Below are positions 17,846 through 27,368 of a stretch of 64,000 nucleotides of DNA, one piece after another. Position 1 is the stretch's first letter; each line of letters starts with the position of its first letter. The notes under the pieces are model-generated. The model did not search any database, was not told the DNA's origin, and saw nothing but the letters and a program-made list of their open reading frames with translations. A program made the translations under genes and the position numbers. The DNA comes from a bacterium BMS3Bbin08 (lineage in GTDB: Bacteria; Nitrospirota; Thermodesulfovibrionia; UBA6902; BMS3Bbin08): positions 5,556 through 69,555 of the forward strand of contig BDTR01000032.1 of NCBI GenBank assembly GCA_002897775.1. Direction: 5' to 3'.

Positions 17846-18922
17846 ATGCCCTCTAAATTCGAACCAAAATGGATCGCCTGGGAAATAACCCGCAGGTGCA
17901 ATCTTAAATGTATCCACTGCCGTTCTTCTTCTGAGGCTGTGGTGGCGCAGCATCCTGACTTTTCCCTGCAGGAGGCCTTTAGAATTATTGATGACATTGC
18001 AGGCTACGCAAAGCCTGTTATTGTTCTTTCCGGAGGAGAGCCTCTGTTAAGAAAAGATTTTTTTGATATCGCGCAGTACGGAACACAAAAGGGTCTGAGA
18101 ATGTGTCTTGCCACGAACGGGACCCTGGTTAATGATGATGTTTGCGAGAAGATAAAAGAGTCCGGTATCAGGATGGTGTCCCTCAGCCTTGACGGGTCTG
18201 TGGCAGAAGTTCACGATGATTTCAGAAGCCAGAAGGGAGCATTCGCAAGCACGATAAAAGCGGCGGAATTATTCAAAAAACATAATATAGAATTTCTCAT
18301 TAATTCGTCTTTCACAAAACGTAATCAGAAGGAAATTCCAAAGGTTTACAAACTGGCCAAAGAGCTTGGCGCGACCGCGTGGTACATGTTCATGATCGTT
18401 CCGACCGGCAGGGGTGAAGAGATAATGAGCGAGCTTATTTCCAAAGAGGACTACGAGGACATACTTGAGTGGCATTACGAGATGGAGAAAAAAGAAGACG
18501 ATATTCTTGTTAGGCCCACCTGCGCGCCGCATTATTACAGGATCATCCTTCAGAAATCAAAGGAACAGGGAGAAAAGTTTGAACGCAGGTCTTTGAAGTT
18601 CTCCACCGGGGGCGCCAAAGGGTGTATCGCGGGCCAGCTTATCGCTTTGATCGATGTTGACGGGAATGTTCTGCCGTGCAGTTACTTCCCCAAATCAGCA
18701 GGCAATGTAAAGGAAAAATCTTTTAAGGATATATGGGAAAACTCAGAGCTTTTTAAGGAATTAAGGGATTTCAAAAAGTATAAGGGGAAGTGCGGTTCAT
18801 GTGAATATATAAATGTCTGCGGCGGCTGCAGGGCAAGATCATACTCTGTGTACGGCGACTATCTTGAAGAGGAGCCGTTCTGCACGTATGTACCACGCAG
18901 ATTAGCGCAGACTAAAAAATAA
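17846..18922 (+). CDS. radical SAM / SPASM-domain protein, AhbD/NirJ-like (putative anaerobic heme synthase, i.e. coproheme decarboxylase)
   Basis: 358 aa. CxxxCxxC motif ([12 protein letters not shown]) and a C-terminal SPASM Cys cluster ([17 protein letters not shown]). Sits among hemW, hemE, hemH and hemY. Confidence 0.62.
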   Translation: MPSKFEPKWIAWEITRRCNLKCIHCRSSSEAVVAQHPDFSLQEAFRIIDDIAGYAKPVIVLSGGEPLLRKDFFDIAQYGTQKGLRMCLATNGTLVNDDVCEKIKESGIRMVSLSLDGSVAEVHDDFRSQKGAFASTIKAAELFKKHNIEFLINSSFTKRNQKEIPKVYKLAKELGATAWYMFMIVPTGRGEEIMSELISKEDYEDILEWHYEMEKKEDDILVRPTCAPHYYRIILQKSKEQGEKFERRSLKFSTGGAKGCIAGQLIALIDVDGNVLPCSYFPKSAGNVKEKSFKDIWENSELFKELRDFKKYKGKCGSCEYINVCGGCRARSYSVYGDYLEEEPFCTYVPRRLAQTKK

Positions 18923-18927
18923 CGCAG

Positions 18928-19116
18928 ATGATCACAGAAAAAAACACAGATAAAAACAAAAATTATATTTATGAAGATTTGACTTATAAAATAATAGGTG
19001 CAATTTATAACGTTCACCAAGAGTTGGGGAATGTACACAAAGAAAGTATTTATCATAAAGCCCTTGCAATAGAACTATCTGAGATAGGAACTCCTTGTCT
19101 TACGGAGGTAAAATGA
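18928..19116 (+). pseudogene. N-terminal fragment of a GxxExxY-family protein (62 aa of a family normally about 125 aa)
   Basis: Carries the GxxExxY signature (LTYKIIGAIYNVHQELGNVHKESIYHKALAIEL). It ends at the ATGA overlap with the hemE start and the C-terminal half is absent. Confidence 0.5.
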
Positions 19117-20156
19117 ACGATACATTTCTGAAAGCATGCAGGGGCGAGGCTGTTCCATACACTCCTGTGTGGATCATGAGGCAGGCAGGAAGATATTTGA
19201 AACAGTATCAGAAAATCAGAAAGAAGGTTGATTTCCTTACTCTTTGCAAGACCCCTGAGCTTGCGGCAGAGGTAACTATCCAGCCGATCGACGCACTTGG
19301 CGTTGACGCAGCGATCCTGTTCTCGGATATACTCATCCCTGTTGAAGCAATGGGCATGAAACTTAAATTCCTGGAAAAGAAGGGTCCGGTGCTTACGCCA
19401 CCTGTACGGAACGAAACTGCGCTTAAAAAACTGTCAGTACCACAGCCTGAGACTGATATGGGCTTTGTAATGGAGACCATAAAAATTTTACGGAAGGAAC
19501 TTGCGACCAGAGTTCCTTTGATAGGATTTTCAGGCGCACCTTTTACCACAGCCACTTATATGATTGAGGGCGGCACGTCAAAGAACTTCCTTCACACTAA
19601 GAGAATGATCTTCGAATCTCCGGCTTTGTACGCGTCTCTGATGAGTAAAGTAACCACGACTGTTCTTGAATATCTTAAAGCCCAGATAAAGGCCGGCGCT
19701 CAGGCTGTACAGCTTTTTGATACGTGGGCGGGGATATTCTCACCTTTGGACTACAGGGAGTATGTGTTTCCTTATGTCAGGGAGGTTATTAAGTCCCTGA
19801 AAAGCTGGCAGGCGGCTGAAAACATTCGTGTGCCGGTTATTTATTTTGTGGGCTCATGCAGTGGTCTGCTTGAAGAGATGAGAACATGCGGGGCTGACGT
19901 GATAGGAATTGACTGGAGAATTAATATTGATGACGCGATAAAACGGCTTGATAGTGATCTTTCAGTGCAGGGGAATCTTGATCCGTGCGCTTTGTTCATG
20001 CCGAAAGAAAAGATTCAGTACCGCGTAAAGGACATCCTGAAAAGAGCCTCCAGCGCGCGAGGACATATTTTTAATTTGGGTCATGGTGTTTTGCCTGAAA
20101 CTTCAGCAGAGAATGTAGCCTCAATGGTGGAGATGGTGCACAGCTTCAGCAGGTAA
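19113..20156 (+). CDS. hemE: uroporphyrinogen decarboxylase
   Basis: Begins MNDTFLKACRGEAVPYTPVWIMRQAGRYL, the canonical HemE N-terminus. ATG at 19113 after GGAGGT. Confidence 0.9.
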   Translation: MNDTFLKACRGEAVPYTPVWIMRQAGRYLKQYQKIRKKVDFLTLCKTPELAAEVTIQPIDALGVDAAILFSDILIPVEAMGMKLKFLEKKGPVLTPPVRNETALKKLSVPQPETDMGFVMETIKILRKELATRVPLIGFSGAPFTTATYMIEGGTSKNFLHTKRMIFESPALYASLMSKVTTTVLEYLKAQIKAGAQAVQLFDTWAGIFSPLDYREYVFPYVREVIKSLKSWQAAENIRVPVIYFVGSCSGLLEEMRTCGADVIGIDWRINIDDAIKRLDSDLSVQGNLDPCALFMPKEKIQYRVKDILKRASSARGHIFNLGHGVLPETSAENVASMVEMVHSFSR

Positions 20157-20232
20157 TATACCTAAAAATGTTAGAATAAAAAATTATGAGACCTGTGAAG
20201 GGCTTTTGGGAATTATCTCAATAAGGTAATGC

Positions 20233-22758
20233 ATGATAGAGCTCGGAACTGCCATTAAAGAAACACTGGACCTCGTAAAAGACGGTATCCTGTTTATAGA
20301 CAGGGAGTTCTCGGTAGTTTTTATTAATAAGGCCGCGGCAAAGCTGTTCGGCAAAAAAGAGCAGGATATTGTAGGACAGAACTGTGCCGCTATATTCCTT
20401 GAATCTTCACGGCCTGATCAAACCACTCCTTCCTTTCAATGTCCCTGCAGCGAGGTTCTGAAGACCGGGAATGCCATTTCCACTTTGTACCGCCTTTTCA
20501 CACCTGGGGCCGCGGAAAAAATTCTCCAGATAACCGCCTCGCCGGTTATTAATGAGAACGGGGAAACTATCCAGGTGCTCGAGATCATAAGGGATGTAAC
20601 GTCAGAGAAAAAGTCTGAGGAAGCGCTTCGTCAAAGCGAAGAAAAATTCAAATCACTCTCAGAAGAATCGCCGAACATGATCTATATAAACAAAAAAGGA
20701 CGAATTGTCTACGTAAATAGAATCTGTGAAGAAATAATGGGTTATACAAAAGAGGAATTTTATTCGGACCAGTTTGATTTTATGTGCCTGATCGCGCCGG
20801 AGTCTAAGGACATTGTAAAAGAGAACTTCAGCAGGCATATGAGAGGCGAAGAAATTACTTCCTATGGGTATAATCTTGTAACAAAAGGCGGCAGTGTATT
20901 AAATGCTATACATAATGCAAAGCTAATTAACTTCGAAGGGGAGAAAGCAATTCTCGGGATAGTAACAGATGTAACCGACCGCAAGCTTGCTGAGGGGAAG
21001 CTAAGAATAGCTATTACAACAGCTGAAGAAGAAAAGCTGAAATCAGAGGCAATTATTGCCAGTGTCGGTGATGCTCTGGGTATTGTTGATACCAACTTTA
21101 AAATTGTATATCAGAACCTGGTAAGCAAGAAAATGTTTGGTGATTTTTTTGGCCAATACTGTTATGAGGCATATCAGGGAAAAGACCAAGTCTGCGAAGG
21201 ATGCCCTGTATTCAAGGCCATGAAAGAGAACAAGATCCAGAGAGTAGAAAGAACCAGGTATACTGACGCCGGGACAATGTTCCTGGAGATCACGGCATCA
21301 CCTATGATAGATTCAGAAGGGAAAATCATAGGGGGTGTTGAAGTTGTCAGGGACATTACCGACCGCAAGAAGACTGAAGAGGATGTTCTTCATTATGGAG
21401 AGCGCCTGAGACTCTTACGAGAGATCGACCATGCCATAATTACTGCTCAGACAACTGATAAGATCGTTCGAGTGGCCCTAAACCATATCAAGGAGCTGGT
21501 GCCATGCATTCGGGCAAGTATTGTTTTGTTTGATTTCCAGACCGATCAGGCGGAACTGCTTGTTCTCTATTCTAAAGGCGAGACCCAGATTAAAGAGGGT
21601 GAAATTATCCAGATGAAAGAGTTCGGCGTCGATGAAAGTCTTCACTTCGGGGAAGTTCATGTTATTGAGGACTTAAAGACCCTTTCTAATCCATCGCGTG
21701 TTGACCGGCAACTGATCAAGGAAGGGGTGCGCTCATGCATAAATGTACCTATTATTCACCTTGATGAACTAATAGGTACTATTAATGTATGCAAAGATGC
21801 TCCTTCTGCCTTTACCTCAGAAGACGTTACAATTGCCAGTGAAGTCGCTGATCTTCTCGCAGTCACTATCCAGAGTAAGCGGGCTGATCAGGAGTTGAGA
21901 GAATCCGAAAAGAAGTACCGAGACCTCGCGGACAATGCCCTTGTAGGAATATATAAAAGTAATCTCAAGGGTGATATTCTTTATGTAAATGATGCGCTCT
22001 TAAAGATGAGTGAGTTTGAATCACTTGAGGAGATAATATCTTCGGGTCAACTGAGATTATACAGAAACCCAAAAGACAGAGAAAATTTTGTTGCAAAGCT
22101 TAAGGCAGACGGCAAAGTTGAAAACTTTGAAACCGAGATGCTTACAAAGACTGGCAAAGTAAAAAGAATACTTAAGACTTCAACACTTCGTGGAGAGATC
22201 ATATCAGGAATGATGATGGATGTTACAGAACTCAGACAGGCTGAGACAGCTGTCAAGGAATCAGAGGTATTTCTCGCTTCGATCCTTGAGGGCATTAAAG
22301 ACGGAGTGGTTGTTTTGGACAGAGAGTTTAAGATACTTTTTACAAACAAAGCTTATATAGAGCAATCCGTCTGTTCGTCCAAAGAAGTAAAAGGCAGATA
22401 TTGTTATGAGGTATCTTATGATCGGAATGAGCCCTGTTATCTTAAAGGTCGGGAGGGCACTGTAAAAAATGTGTTTGACAGCGGAATAAGCAGCAGAGAC
22501 ATCCGGCGAAAAGGCGAGCGATTTATGGAAATGACGGTATATCCGTTGAAGAACTCCGCTGGAGAAGTTACATCTGTTGTAGAGATAAGAAGAGATGTTA
22601 CAAGAAATATCCAGATGGACGAAGAACTAAAGGAAAGGGTTAGAGAGCTGGAGGAGTTCTATGATATGGCTGTCGGCAGAGAACTGAAAATGAAACAGCT
22701 TAAGGAAAATGTAGAAGCATTAAAAGAAGAACTTAAGAAAAACAAAAAAATAAGCTGA
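20233..22758 (+). CDS. multi-PAS/GAF sensor protein without a recognisable output domain, ending in a coiled coil
   Basis: 841 aa. At least four PAS-like modules and a GAF-like segment. Repeated Cys motifs (FQCPCSEV, CYEAYQGKDQVCEGCPVF, CYEVSYDRNEPCYLKG). No HisKA/HATPase, GGDEF or HTH. Confidence 0.7.
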   Translation: MIELGTAIKETLDLVKDGILFIDREFSVVFINKAAAKLFGKKEQDIVGQNCAAIFLESSRPDQTTPSFQCPCSEVLKTGNAISTLYRLFTPGAAEKILQITASPVINENGETIQVLEIIRDVTSEKKSEEALRQSEEKFKSLSEESPNMIYINKKGRIVYVNRICEEIMGYTKEEFYSDQFDFMCLIAPESKDIVKENFSRHMRGEEITSYGYNLVTKGGSVLNAIHNAKLINFEGEKAILGIVTDVTDRKLAEGKLRIAITTAEEEKLKSEAIIASVGDALGIVDTNFKIVYQNLVSKKMFGDFFGQYCYEAYQGKDQVCEGCPVFKAMKENKIQRVERTRYTDAGTMFLEITASPMIDSEGKIIGGVEVVRDITDRKKTEEDVLHYGERLRLLREIDHAIITAQTTDKIVRVALNHIKELVPCIRASIVLFDFQTDQAELLVLYSKGETQIKEGEIIQMKEFGVDESLHFGEVHVIEDLKTLSNPSRVDRQLIKEGVRSCINVPIIHLDELIGTINVCKDAPSAFTSEDVTIASEVADLLAVTIQSKRADQELRESEKKYRDLADNALVGIYKSNLKGDILYVNDALLKMSEFESLEEIISSGQLRLYRNPKDRENFVAKLKADGKVENFETEMLTKTGKVKRILKTSTLRGEIISGMMMDVTELRQAETAVKESEVFLASILEGIKDGVVVLDREFKILFTNKAYIEQSVCSSKEVKGRYCYEVSYDRNEPCYLKGREGTVKNVFDSGISSRDIRRKGERFMEMTVYPLKNSAGEVTSVVEIRRDVTRNIQMDEELKERVRELEEFYDMAVGRELKMKQLKENVEALKEELKKNKKIS

Positions 22759-22825
22759 TGTGTAAGTTGAATCATTAATTGGCGGCCTTCCTGAATTGTG
22801 CGGGTAGAGTGGCCCGGATACTACT

Positions 22826-23893
22826 TTGAGGGAGAATAACGGGAAAAGCATAGGTGTTGTTTTACTGAACCTCGGCGGACCGGATTCTTTAAGTTCCGTG
22901 CGTCCCTTCCTGTATAATCTGTTTTCTGACAGGGGCATTATCAGGCTCGGTCCTTCCTTTCTGCAGAAATCCATTGCATGGCTGATATCAGGGTACCGTT
23001 CGAAAAAATCAGAAGAAATGTACAGCCTGATAGGAGGCAAATCTCCAATATTTGAGATTACAACGGCCCAGGCTGAAGCGCTTGAGAAAGCACTAAATAC
23101 AGAAGTTGAGAAGATAGGAAGTTTGGAAGATAAGATATCCTCAACATCTCAGCCTCTCAATTTCTTAACTTCCTCTTTCAAGGTGTATGTGGGTATGCGC
23201 TACTGGTATCCATATATAAGCGACACAGTTGATAAGATTCGTAGTGATGGTATTGAACAAGTGGTTGTGTTAAGCCTTTACCCCCACTATTCAAAGGCAA
23301 CGACAGGTTCTTCAGTTGCCGAGTTTAAACGCGTGATTTCACGATTCACGATTCCCTCCAAACAGCCGGCGGGCAGGCACGATTCACGATTCACGGTCAA
23401 ATATATTGATCAGTGGTATGATTTTCCCCTGTATATTGACGCGCTTTCAGATCGTATTGCAGAGGGGATGTCAAAATTCAAAGGAAAGACTTTTGATATT
23501 CTATACAGCGCGCACAGTCTTCCTGAAAGCTTCATCAAACAGGGAGACCCGTACCTCGATCATATCAAATCAACCATAAAGGCAGTTAACCCGTCAATCG
23601 GCAAGTGGCATCTTTCTTTCCAGAGCAGGAGCGGGCCGGTCAAATGGTTACAGCCTGACACGGAAGAGACTATAATCAGGCTTGCAAAGGGCGGCGTCAA
23701 GAATTTACTGGTAGTGCCGATAAGTTTTGTATCTGACCATATAGAAACCCTCTATGAAATAGATATTTACTATAAAAAGATCGCAAAGAGTTATGGTATA
23801 AATTTAAAGAGATGTGAATCATTAAATTTATCCGAAAAATTCATAAACGCTCTTAAAGAGTTGGTACTGGAAAAACTAAAGGAGTCGGAATGA
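22826..23893 (+). CDS. hemH: ferrochelatase (proto- or coproporphyrin ferrochelatase)
   Basis: 355 aa. Opens GVVLLNLGGPDSL and ends with the ferrochelatase C-terminal core. Contains a short internal tandem duplication (SRFTIPSKQPAGRHDSRFTV). Confidence 0.85.
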   Translation: MRENNGKSIGVVLLNLGGPDSLSSVRPFLYNLFSDRGIIRLGPSFLQKSIAWLISGYRSKKSEEMYSLIGGKSPIFEITTAQAEALEKALNTEVEKIGSLEDKISSTSQPLNFLTSSFKVYVGMRYWYPYISDTVDKIRSDGIEQVVVLSLYPHYSKATTGSSVAEFKRVISRFTIPSKQPAGRHDSRFTVKYIDQWYDFPLYIDALSDRIAEGMSKFKGKTFDILYSAHSLPESFIKQGDPYLDHIKSTIKAVNPSIGKWHLSFQSRSGPVKWLQPDTEETIIRLAKGGVKNLLVVPISFVSDHIETLYEIDIYYKKIAKSYGINLKRCESLNLSEKFINALKELVLEKLKESE

Positions 23894-23911
23894 TCCCCGT
23901 TAGATTCTGCA

Positions 23912-23946
23912 CCCGCAGTTTTGTTGCAACAAAAACTGGACGCGGG
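23912..23946. repeat. GC-clamped near-palindromic hairpin after hemH (CCCGC-AGTTTTGTTGCAACAAAAACT-GGACGCGGG)
   Basis: Read directly. Preceded by CCCCGTTAGATTCT, which also follows nikR. Shares CTGGACGCGGG with the element after ilvC. Confidence 0.5.
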
Positions 23947-23993
23947 TGTAACAAAAAGCATCTGGACAACGGGGCAGGCGGAAAGAGGAAAAC

Positions 23994-25370
23994 ATGAAGA
24001 AGGTTGTAGTTGTTGGCGGCGGCATATCCGGTCTGACCGTTGCTTACGCGCTTCTTGGCCGCGGGGATCTTGAAATTTCAGTTCTGGAGTCAGACTCAAG
24101 GCCCGGCGGCAAGATCTGGAGTGACAGAACAGAAGGATTCCTTTGTGAAAAGGGTACTAACGGCTTTCTTGATAATAAGCCGGGAACCCTTGAATTATGT
24201 AAAAGTCTGAGCCTGGAGCCCGTCCGGAGCAATGAGAACGCCAGGAAACGGTTTATTTATTCCAATAAAAGACTTAATGAAATGTCCGGCTCTCCAATGG
24301 CATTTTTAAGATCAGGACTTCTCTCGTGGCGCGGAAAACTAAGAATGTTATACGAGCTTTTTGCCCCGCAGGGGCCGGAGGATGAGACAGTAGCTGATTT
24401 TGTAATACGCCGTCTTGGAAAAGAGGGGCTTGATAAGCTTATTGACCCTATGTGTTCGGGCGTGTACGCCGGGGATCCCTACAGGATGAGTATTAAGAGC
24501 TGTTTCCCCAGGATAAAGGAGCTTGAGCAGCAGTACGGCAGTCTTATAAAGGCACTGATCAAGATACAGAGAACAAGAAAAAAAACAGGCGGACCAAAAG
24601 CGGGTCCGGCTATGGGCGGCAATCTTACCTCTTTTTACAACGGAGCTGACGCTATTACGAACGCGCTGGCGGAAAGACTGGGAGAACGGCTCAAACTCGG
24701 TGTCTCTGTACAGGGTATTGCCCGTCTCGGCGGGGAAAAGGGGAATTCGTATCAGCTTCACACCTCTGAAGGTATAGTCGATGCGGACATAGTGGTACTC
24801 GCGTTACCGGCTTACGCGACATCCGGTATACTGAAAGATTTTGATGCACGGCTTTCCAAAGCCCTGCTTGAGATCCCGTATCCGCCGGTATCGATCGTTT
24901 GTTTTGGATATAAAAAAGAAAAAGTCCAGCATTCTTTGAAGGGGTTCGGGTTCCTGGTCCCGCGCAGGGAAGGACTGAAGGTGCTTGGTACACTCTGGGA
25001 TTCAAGTATATTTCCTAACAGGGCCCCGGAAGGACATGTGCTCTTAAGAAGTATGGTGGGCGGAGCGCAGTCACCTGACTCTGCAATGCTGGATGATAAT
25101 AAACTGGTAAGCACTGTATTTGATGAGCTGAGGCCGATAGTTTCTTTAAAGGCAGAACCTGATATGGTGAGGATCTACAGGTGGGAGAGGGCGATCCCTC
25201 AGTATCTGATCGGTCACGACGAGAAATTGAAACTTATGGATGAGCGTCTCAGATCTCATCAGGGTTTATATATTACAGGCAACGCGTACAGGGGTGTGAG
25301 TATGAGCGATTGTATCGTAAACGGTTATAAGATCGCTGATGCAATTTTGTCAAAGATCCAGGATCATTAA
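23994..25370 (+). CDS. hemY: protoporphyrinogen/coproporphyrinogen III oxidase (HemY/CgoX-type FAD amine oxidase)
   Basis: 458 aa. FAD dinucleotide-binding N-terminus VVVVGGGISGLTVAY and a HemY-like body. Confidence 0.8.
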   Translation: MKKVVVVGGGISGLTVAYALLGRGDLEISVLESDSRPGGKIWSDRTEGFLCEKGTNGFLDNKPGTLELCKSLSLEPVRSNENARKRFIYSNKRLNEMSGSPMAFLRSGLLSWRGKLRMLYELFAPQGPEDETVADFVIRRLGKEGLDKLIDPMCSGVYAGDPYRMSIKSCFPRIKELEQQYGSLIKALIKIQRTRKKTGGPKAGPAMGGNLTSFYNGADAITNALAERLGERLKLGVSVQGIARLGGEKGNSYQLHTSEGIVDADIVVLALPAYATSGILKDFDARLSKALLEIPYPPVSIVCFGYKKEKVQHSLKGFGFLVPRREGLKVLGTLWDSSIFPNRAPEGHVLLRSMVGGAQSPDSAMLDDNKLVSTVFDELRPIVSLKAEPDMVRIYRWERAIPQYLIGHDEKLKLMDERLRSHQGLYITGNAYRGVSMSDCIVNGYKIADAILSKIQDH

Positions 25371-25944
25371 CCCCTCTTTTCCCCTGTCATTATTCACTGC
25401 ATTTCTATAATATTATTTAATGTGTAATGTTAGGAAATCTAGCCTAACCATTTATTAATAAAAGATAAACACAGTTAGAAGAACTTCGCCCTTCTAAACT
25501 TGCCTGACCTGTTTGCATATCTACACCATGTAAACCCGCCATACAACAAGGCGGGTAAACCAGCAGGCAGGCGGCAGACAGGAAGCGGGGCTTTCTAACG
25601 GGGCAAATATTCCTCACTTTTCTGACCATATGAAATCCTCTGTCGACAAACCAAAAACCCGTTATTATCGCAAAGTGTAACATTTGTATTGTGCCGAAGA
25701 GTTCCGCTTCAGTTCTCTTGATATCGTTCCTTATGTTTCGACCTGGCGCCCTGGCGATCTCTACAACCCCCTTCGCCCTCCCAGTGCATTTTTGCTATTA
25801 CTTCCCGTTCGTTCATGTTAATATGATTATATCGTTTTTCCATAAACACTCAGGATAGCATCTCCCTTTCTGCTCTCCCAGGTGTTGCACTTCATTATTG
25901 AACTGGCGAAAAATATATAATTAAAATCGTTTTAAGAAATTTCA

Positions 25945-27309
25945 ATGCAGGAAGTTCATAACATAGATCTAGGCGCTGTACTTCCAATATGGAGCTTGCT
26001 GCCTTTTATCGGCATGCTGCTTTCCATTGCCCTGTTTCCTCTTTTTGCTCCAAAGTTCTGGCATGATCATTTTGACAAGGTCTCGGTCTTTTGGGCGCTT
26101 GTCATAATCGTTCCGTTTTTATTTGTGTATAAATGGCTTGCTGTCCATGAGTTTCTTTATGTAGTTCTTGCTGACTATATCCCTTTTATCATACTTCTGG
26201 CTTCCCTCTATACGGTCTCAGGCGGGATTCTGCTCAAGGGCACGCCGCTTGGCACGCCTTTGGTCAATACATGCATGCTTGCAATAGGGACTGTTATTGC
26301 TTCCTGGATGGGGACCACGGGTGCCTCAATGCTGCTTATACGTCCATTCCTCAGGGCAAACAGACATAGAGAGAAAAGGACGTTCATGGTTGTTTTTTTT
26401 ATTTTCCTGATCGCAAATGTCGGGGGCTCACTTACTCCATTGGGAGATCCCCCTCTTTTTCTTGGTTTCCTCCGCGGGGTTCCGTTTTTCTGGACCTTTA
26501 ACCTTTTTCCACAAATGGCTATGGCTGCAATAATCCTGCTGGCGCTATATTTTGTTTTTGACCTGTATTTTTACAGGAAAGAGGGAGTTAAAAAACAAAA
26601 CAATGAGGAGAGCAGGGAACCGCTGAAAATAGAGGGCGGGCATAATATCTTTTTTTTGCTGGCGATAATGGGTGCTGTTTTGATGAGCGGCATGGTTAAA
26701 ATGGGTGAAGTAAGTATTTTGGGTGTTCACCTGACGTTTCAGGATATGTTAAGAGACGCTGTGCTTATTTTTATAGTGATCTTATCCATGGCTACAACAA
26801 GGAGAGAAGTGCGTGAAGACAACGGGTTTACATGGTTTCCAATGAAAGAGGTGGCAATACTTTTTGCCGGTATATTTTTGACCATGGTTCCCTGCCTGAA
26901 GATGCTGCAGGCAGGCACAAAAGGCGAACTTTCTTTCCTGGTTGAAAACATGCAGGAGCCTGTCCATTATTTCTGGATTACCGGATCATTATCCGCTTTT
27001 CTTGATAATGCCCCCACGTACCTTACATTTTTAAGTACACTCCTTGGGAAATTTTATCCCGGAGTTGAGGGACAGGAGGCAGTGCTGCTTCTGATCAGGG
27101 AGAATGGAATTTACCTTAAGGCAATATCAGTTTCAGCGGTGTTCTTCGGAGCAAGTACGTATATAGGTAATGCCCCGAACTTTATGGTTCGCTCCATTGC
27201 TGAGGAGACAGGCACCGAGATGCCGAGTTTTTTCGGTTATCAATTGAAATATTCTTTACCTATACTAATTCCTGTTTTCGCACTAATTGCCTGGCTATTC
27301 TATTTATAA
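25945..27309 (+). CDS. NhaD/ArsB-superfamily ion transporter (putative Na+/H+ antiporter NhaD)
   Basis: 454 aa with 10-12 predicted TM helices and an NhaD-like N-terminal region. Confidence 0.55.
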   Translation: MQEVHNIDLGAVLPIWSLLPFIGMLLSIALFPLFAPKFWHDHFDKVSVFWALVIIVPFLFVYKWLAVHEFLYVVLADYIPFIILLASLYTVSGGILLKGTPLGTPLVNTCMLAIGTVIASWMGTTGASMLLIRPFLRANRHREKRTFMVVFFIFLIANVGGSLTPLGDPPLFLGFLRGVPFFWTFNLFPQMAMAAIILLALYFVFDLYFYRKEGVKKQNNEESREPLKIEGGHNIFFLLAIMGAVLMSGMVKMGEVSILGVHLTFQDMLRDAVLIFIVILSMATTRREVREDNGFTWFPMKEVAILFAGIFLTMVPCLKMLQAGTKGELSFLVENMQEPVHYFWITGSLSAFLDNAPTYLTFLSTLLGKFYPGVEGQEAVLLLIRENGIYLKAISVSAVFFGASTYIGNAPNFMVRSIAEETGTEMPSFFGYQLKYSLPILIPVFALIAWLFYL

Positions 27310-27368
27310 TAAGAAATGTCAGGTATGCGGATAAAAAAAATAAAACATAAATTTAAACGGAGAATATT

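Noticed and set aside
25444-25683. 79-aa minus-strand ORF in the long hemY-to-NhaD gap
   Set aside because: The composition is Cys/Pro/Arg-rich and typical of a GC-rich random frame. It has no RBS and no homology features.
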